Assembly (NCBI GenBank): GCA_000214015.2
Contig: CAID01000002.2
Span: 100,624 to 132,623, forward strand
Direction of reading: 5' to 3'
Length of the DNA: 32,000 nt
Source of the DNA: Ostreococcus tauri
Taxonomy: Eukaryota
Program-made: the position numbers and the translations under genes
Part shown: piece by piece, positions 27,941 to 32,000 of the stretch
Layout: each line of letters starts with the position of its first letter
Position numbering within the stretch: the first letter of the stretch is position 1
Notes under the pieces: model-generated
Seen by the model: the letters and a program-made list of their open reading frames with translations, nothing else
What the model was told of the DNA's origin: nothing
Databases searched by the model: none

Positions 27941-28384
27941 CTAGGTTGGGTAAAATCAGCATCACGATCTGCATCACGACCCGAAACTTCGTGATGGGCG
28001 TCAGCATCACGACCGTCACGTCGTGATGCCACCTTGGGAAATTGTCCGAGTGTCCGAATTTACACAAAAAAATACATGACAGATGTAATAGAGATATAAT
28101 ATGTGACGCATGGCCTGCACCACTGTTCAAGCTTTCACCAACCGTTTCGACGCGGGGTGCTAGGGTTCGAACAGTGACACATTTTACTTATATCATCGCT
28201 GTATTTCCTCGACATCGGTGCCGACATGTTGTAGTATCAGTCACGCGATGCCTATCAGTGATGTATACCTGTCAATATCAGTAAATAATACTCTTTACAT
28301 ACTCTCAATATAGCATCACGATCTGCATCACGACATCGTGATGCGCACCAGCATCACGACTAGATCGTGATGCCATCAACCTAG
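27941..28384. mobile_element. hAT-like MITE, family Z, copy 2 (8-bp TSD)
   Basis: Termini CTAGGTTGGG... and ...CAACCTAG. TSD AAGTCGTG at 27933-27940 and 28385-28392. CATCACGA subterminal repeats. The interior is homologous (inverted) to 13897-14243, which explains the shared 'STRGARVRTVT' pseudo-ORFs. Confidence 0.75.
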
Positions 28385-28410
28385 AAGTCGTGTGTAAAAT
28401 GACCGAATAA

Positions 28411-28599
28411 TGTAAGCTCAAGTACACTTGGTGATCGCGGCTTAGCGTGTTCTATGCGTAAAGATCTGCCGATTATTAAAAATGGCGAGCCCGTTGACTC
28501 GAACTATAGTCTACATGTCGTGAGTCATAACTCGTCACGTACTCAAGACTCGGGAAGGCTATATAACTGTATTTAGCCTGCAATAATCCTATCCTAACA
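28411..28599 (+). mobile_element. Solo LTR (repeat R3, copy C): TG...CA termini, 5-bp TSD
   Basis: It starts TGTAAGC and ends CCTAACA. It is flanked by AATAA at 28406-28410 and 28600-28604. About 189 bp, homologous throughout to 30148-30333. Confidence 0.6.
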
Positions 28600-28905
28600 A
28601 ATAATAATGATGACATCATGTAAGGGCGACTAAGAGCGCCGATGATAACTTTGACCATAACTCCGACTCAATACAGAGTTATCGTCATTGGGACTAAGAG
28701 CAGAAGGGTTCGATAACTTTACACCCCGAGTTATGCGCAAATGACACAGAGCTCATTTCGATAACTTTGTCTTTGTTGTTACCGGTGCCACGAAAAATAA
28801 AGAATAACACAGGACATCTATGATATGATATCGTGAGCTATATACTCAAAATCTTCCCGAACGAAATGTCCCACATTTATCCTAGCTGCTAGTATGGGAG
28901 TCTCA

Positions 28906-29702
28906 TCAAATAGTTTCAACTGAGTTCTCACATGTGTAGTCCTCGATGATGAAGGTAGTACTACACTCACCCACTGAGTAAAGGTGACTGTGACGATCAT
29001 TGATATTTGTATCTGAAAGCTCAAGGTTTATGAAGTCGCGCGTGTTTTCCTGAAGGATAGTTAAAACAGCGCTGAAAAATCCACATTTGCCAACCTTGAA
29101 TAATGGACCCGCATGCCACGTGCCTTTTTTAAGATTGATCAATGCATTACCTGATGCCATAGACGACTTAGATATGATTTGTGCAGATGCGTTCGAGACT
29201 TACCCGGAACTCGAAACACGCTTATATCGTTGCTCGTCGGAAAAACTGCTTCAGAAAATGTTGCACGTGCCACTGCAATATACCTGGGATCGAGTTAAAA
29301 CGTTCTCGATATCATATAGTTGAATGGCTTACCACACTGCTCCTGAAATAGAGCCCAGCGACTGCGAAGATTTTGCGTGGTAGTTCATCTCTTGAAACGT
29401 CAGGCGCCCACCCTTACTTTGGAGACGCATGATGTATAGGCGGGGAACTCCATCTGCTAGCTCAAGTTGTGCGTCCTTTACGGTATCAGTCGCACAGGAC
29501 GAATGTATCAACATTCAGTGTACCCGTTTGCTTGAAAATTCGGTGCCGTCTTCTTGCCACGTTACGACCTGAGGTATAGTTATAAACCAAGTGCCAGAGA
29601 AAATGGCAACTGCCTTTCCTGTCCGAAATCGACAAAATCGTCCACATTCAGCTGTTGTGGCTTCAGTAATACTGTCGTGCAGTGGACGACCGACGAGCGC
29701 AT
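28906..29702 (-). CDS. Ureidoglycolate lyase/hydrolase-like (AllA/DAL3 family) protein, at least 4 exons
   Basis: Minus-strand exons: 29702-~29588 (MRSSVVHCTTVLLKPQQLNVDDFVDFGQ..), a short piece ending at 29524, 29475-29333 (..PRLYIMRLQSKGGRLTFQEMNYHAKSSQSLGSISGAVW), 29283-29204 (YIAVARATFSEAVFPTSNDISVFRVP) and 29150-28906 (GNALINLKKGTWHAGPLFKV..). Introns are 48, 49 and 53 nt. The first junction is unresolved (35-38 nt candidates). The pattern L.P..L....F..FG / ..ERH...Q / G.WH.P matches AllA. Confidence 0.55.
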
Positions 29703-30147
29703 TGTCGGACTACAGAAACGACGCGCTGAAGCACTGTAACTGACGGATTTCGAGCTCCGAGTGAAAGAGTTCATGCGAGTGTTTTTTGTGTTTGATATTG
29801 ATATCTTAAAGGTTCTCGAGCATTTGTTCGGCGTGTTGGCGCGAACGGTTCGGGCACTACCGGGTTCAATACGTGCGCTCGCGAGGCTGTGTGTTGAACG
29901 TTCGACAGCGAGTGTCGACGTTAGCCGAAACAGTGTTAAATTCACTAGGCCTGCTGCATCTGGTACCGGGCCTTATCGAATTCGACTCTTAGGTCGAGCC
30001 GTAACTAGTGGAATTTGCCCAAATGTCCGTTCACTTTAATCACACGAAGTCCGACGCCCTGGTTCACGACCAATGACTATTCCGCTGAGCTTATTCTTGT
30101 TCTTATTCTTATTCTGAAAAGAATAAGAATAGCTATTCCGCGTTTTT

Positions 30148-30333
30148 TGTAAGCTTAAGGTCCCGTGGTGATCGCGTCGTAGCGCGTTCTGTGCGTAAAG
30201 ATCTGATGTTTCATTAAAAGTCTAAGCTAGCTGTCTCGAGCTCTTGAGTCTACACATTATGAGTTGTGACTCGTCATATACTTAGGACTCGTGAAGGCTA
30301 TATAACCATATTTAGCCTGCAATAATCCTAACA
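30148..30333 (+). mobile_element. Solo LTR (repeat R3, copy D) nested in element Y: TG...CA, 5-bp TSD
   Basis: TGTAAGC...CCTAACA is flanked by TTTTT at 30143-30147 and 30334-30338. Confidence 0.6.
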
Positions 30334-30408
30334 TTTTTGCTTAATAAGCTTTCGCTCCTTATTCTGCAAAATTCGTCCCTCGGGCGCGGACGATTCAGGA
30401 TTCGTCAA

Positions 30409-30450
30409 TTAGGGTTTGGTTAGGGTTTGGTTAGGGTTTGGTTAGGGTTT
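30409..30450 (+). repeat. Tandem telomere-variant array (TTAGGGTTTGG) x3.8
   Basis: 11-bp units begin at 30409, 30420, 30431 and 30442. Confidence 0.9.
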
Positions 30451-30872
30451 GACTCCCCGAAATTAAGCGGAATAGCGCGAAAACGTCCGAAAAATTTTCC
30501 TTATAGGGACTATATTCTGATTTTTTGCAGAATAAGAACGGCGTTATTCTTATTCTTATTCTTATTCTGCTAAGCTAAGCGGAATAGTCAGTGTTCACGA
30601 CTCGTGAGCGCGACGAAGTTATCGAAAAGTTATGAAAATCGACTCTTAGTCGTTTGCGCATAACTCGGGGTATAAACTATAAATTTATCCGAGATGCGTA
30701 GCCAGACAGTCCGTAGACTGGAAGAAACTTGAATAGTAGACCGCAGGTACAGCTACAACCCAGCGGCGTGCTGCTGCACAGCCGAGTTCGAATTCACCTC
30801 AATTCGAAGTTGCACCGATAAGAGTGTGTACATATTAATATCAAAGGTCTTCACATTGTGCGCTGTACAGAA

Positions 30873-31898
30873 ATGCCCGAGAAAGTTTCTGCTGAAGAGT
30901 CCACAGAAAAACATCTACCTTGGACAGAAAAGTACCGACCGCTTAATTTGAGTGAGGTTGTGGCGCACGAGACGATCATAGATGTCATCCGCAAATTCGC
31001 GGCTAATGGTCGCCTACCGCATCTGCTATTTCACGGACCGCCGGGCACAGGAAAGACCTCAACGGTGCTGGCACTTACCAGAGAGCTTTATGAGTCAAAT
31101 CACTCTAACATGGTTCTCGAACTGAATGCTTCTGATTCGCGGGGTATCAATATTGTTAGAGATGAGATTCAATCTTTTGCCTCAACTGCTCGTCCATTCT
31201 CTTCAGCCTTCAAACTCGTGATAATGGATGAATGCGATAGCTTGACGAAAGATGCACAGTTTGCACTTCGCAGAATCATGGAAAAGTACGCACAGCACAC
31301 CCGATTTTGTTTGATTTGCAATTATGCATCTAAGATTATCCCGGCAATCCAGAGTAGATGTACCAAATTCCGTTTTGCACCAGTTCCGGCGGAGGCGATG
31401 TTACAACGCTTGCGACATGTTGTTTGCAGCGAGCGAGTTCAAATATCTGGTGCTTCGCTACAAACTATACAGAGGCTTGGCGAAGGTGACATGAGGAGGT
31501 CTCTGAATGTTTTGCAAAGTTTGCATCTAGCTTCGACCAAAATAACCTCGGCAACCATTCATGCAACGACTGGGTTACTTGACAGGTGCGAAGTGCTAGA
31601 ATTTCTCCAAGTCCTCTTTGAGAAGCCAATGAAGTCTATACTTAACCATCTATATCGTTTGAAGCTTGAGAAGAGTTTCGCATTGACGGACCTCATCAAG
31701 GAAATGTCCGAAACTCTCTTCAGCTTGCACATGTCGGTACAGGTTAGGTCACAGTTACTGAAGGGACTCGCTGATGTTGAACACGCGCTGAGTTTTACAA
31801 GCAGCGAAAAAATTCAGACATTATCATTGATATCGATATTCTTACACGTTCGACGTACGCTGACGACATCGGATAACGAAAACCAGCTCTCCATTTAA
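30873..31898 (+). CDS. RFC5: Replication factor C small subunit (human RFC5 / yeast Rfc3 type)
   Basis: First ATG of ORF 30858- (the track start is GTG). LPWTEKYRPLNLSEVVAHETIIDVIRKFAANGRLPHLLFHGPPGTGKTSTVLA...MVLELNASDSRGINIVRDEIQSFAS...FKLVIMDECDSLTKDAQFALRRIMEKYAQHTRFCLICNYASKIIPAIQSRCTKFRF is collinear with human RFC5. Confidence 0.9.
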   Translation: MPEKVSAEESTEKHLPWTEKYRPLNLSEVVAHETIIDVIRKFAANGRLPHLLFHGPPGTGKTSTVLALTRELYESNHSNMVLELNASDSRGINIVRDEIQSFASTARPFSSAFKLVIMDECDSLTKDAQFALRRIMEKYAQHTRFCLICNYASKIIPAIQSRCTKFRFAPVPAEAMLQRLRHVVCSERVQISGASLQTIQRLGEGDMRRSLNVLQSLHLASTKITSATIHATTGLLDRCEVLEFLQVLFEKPMKSILNHLYRLKLEKSFALTDLIKEMSETLFSLHMSVQVRSQLLKGLADVEHALSFTSSEKIQTLSLISIFLHVRRTLTTSDNENQLSI

Positions 31899-32000
31899 TG
31901 GCTACATTGTTTGCTGTTCTGTTGACAGTATCACATACTGAGCTAGACAAGTGTGTCAAGAAGTGAAGCACGTATATCCCTCACTGCCTTGCTCGAGTCC

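Larger units (their letters stand above)
30071..30593. mobile_element. hAT-like non-autonomous element, family Y (8-bp TSD), carrying a solo LTR and a telomere-like array
   Basis: The TIR CAATGACTATTCCGCTGAGC (30071-) matches the reverse complement of the right end, CACTGACTATTCCGCTTAGC (18/20). TSD TTCACGAC at 30063-30070 and 30594-30601. Subterminal (CTTATT)n hairpins sit at both ends. Confidence 0.7.

Noticed and set aside
30409-30450. Tandem 11-bp array and the (CTTATT)n runs considered as a CRISPR-like or minisatellite locus.
   Set aside because: There are no spacers. The units are contiguous telomere-variant or hexamer repeats inside a TSD-bounded transposon, and the context is eukaryotic.
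1-32000. Prokaryotic reading of the window (operons, GTG/TTG starts, an intrinsic terminator at 11651, a defence island).
   Set aside because: The gene set is eukaryote-specific: NDC80, RBX1, GINS, RFC1, UTP18 and BOP1. There are spliceosomal GT/GC-AG introns. The tRNA has a canonical nuclear-type intron and a Pol III T-run. Telomere-like repeats and eukaryotic TE superfamilies are present.

Overview
This window is compact eukaryotic nuclear DNA, not prokaryotic. The GTG/TTG starts in the ORF track are artefacts, so I re-anchored CDS starts on ATG. I can support about 17 protein-coding genes. Recognisable ones are UTP18-like WD40, a PhyH-family dioxygenase, NDC80, BOP1/Erb1, a PDZ-fused STN7/STN8-type kinase, a SET-TPR-2OG oxygenase fusion, RBX1, GINS Psf2, RFC1, an RFC5/Rfc3-type small RFC subunit, a GNAT acetyltransferase and an AllA-like cupin. 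There is also one intron-containing tRNA-Leu(CAA). Long genes are single ORFs. Several small genes only make sense once 48-57 nt introns are removed, and one of these (in RBX1) is a GC-AG intron. Almost every intergenic gap holds transposon debris that I could delimit by TIRs and target-site duplications: a PIF/Harbinger element (TAA TSD) with one GC-rich spliced ORF; two hAT-like families (8-bp TSD); a Mutator-like MITE (9-bp TSD); an element with 39-bp perfect TIRs; a foldback family with ~130-bp arms; and TG..CA solo LTRs with 5-bp TSDs. Several of these are nested in one another. TTTAGGG-type telomere-like motifs recur inside these repeats. Base composition is a mosaic: hand counts give about 35-37% GC in many genes and 67-72% GC in islands. 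The STN-type kinase, the Ala/Arg/Ser-rich N-termini, the TTTAGGG motifs, the tiny introns and the TE load together suggest a green-lineage picoalga low-GC outlier region. That is inference only. I found no prokaryote-style defence or CRISPR system.
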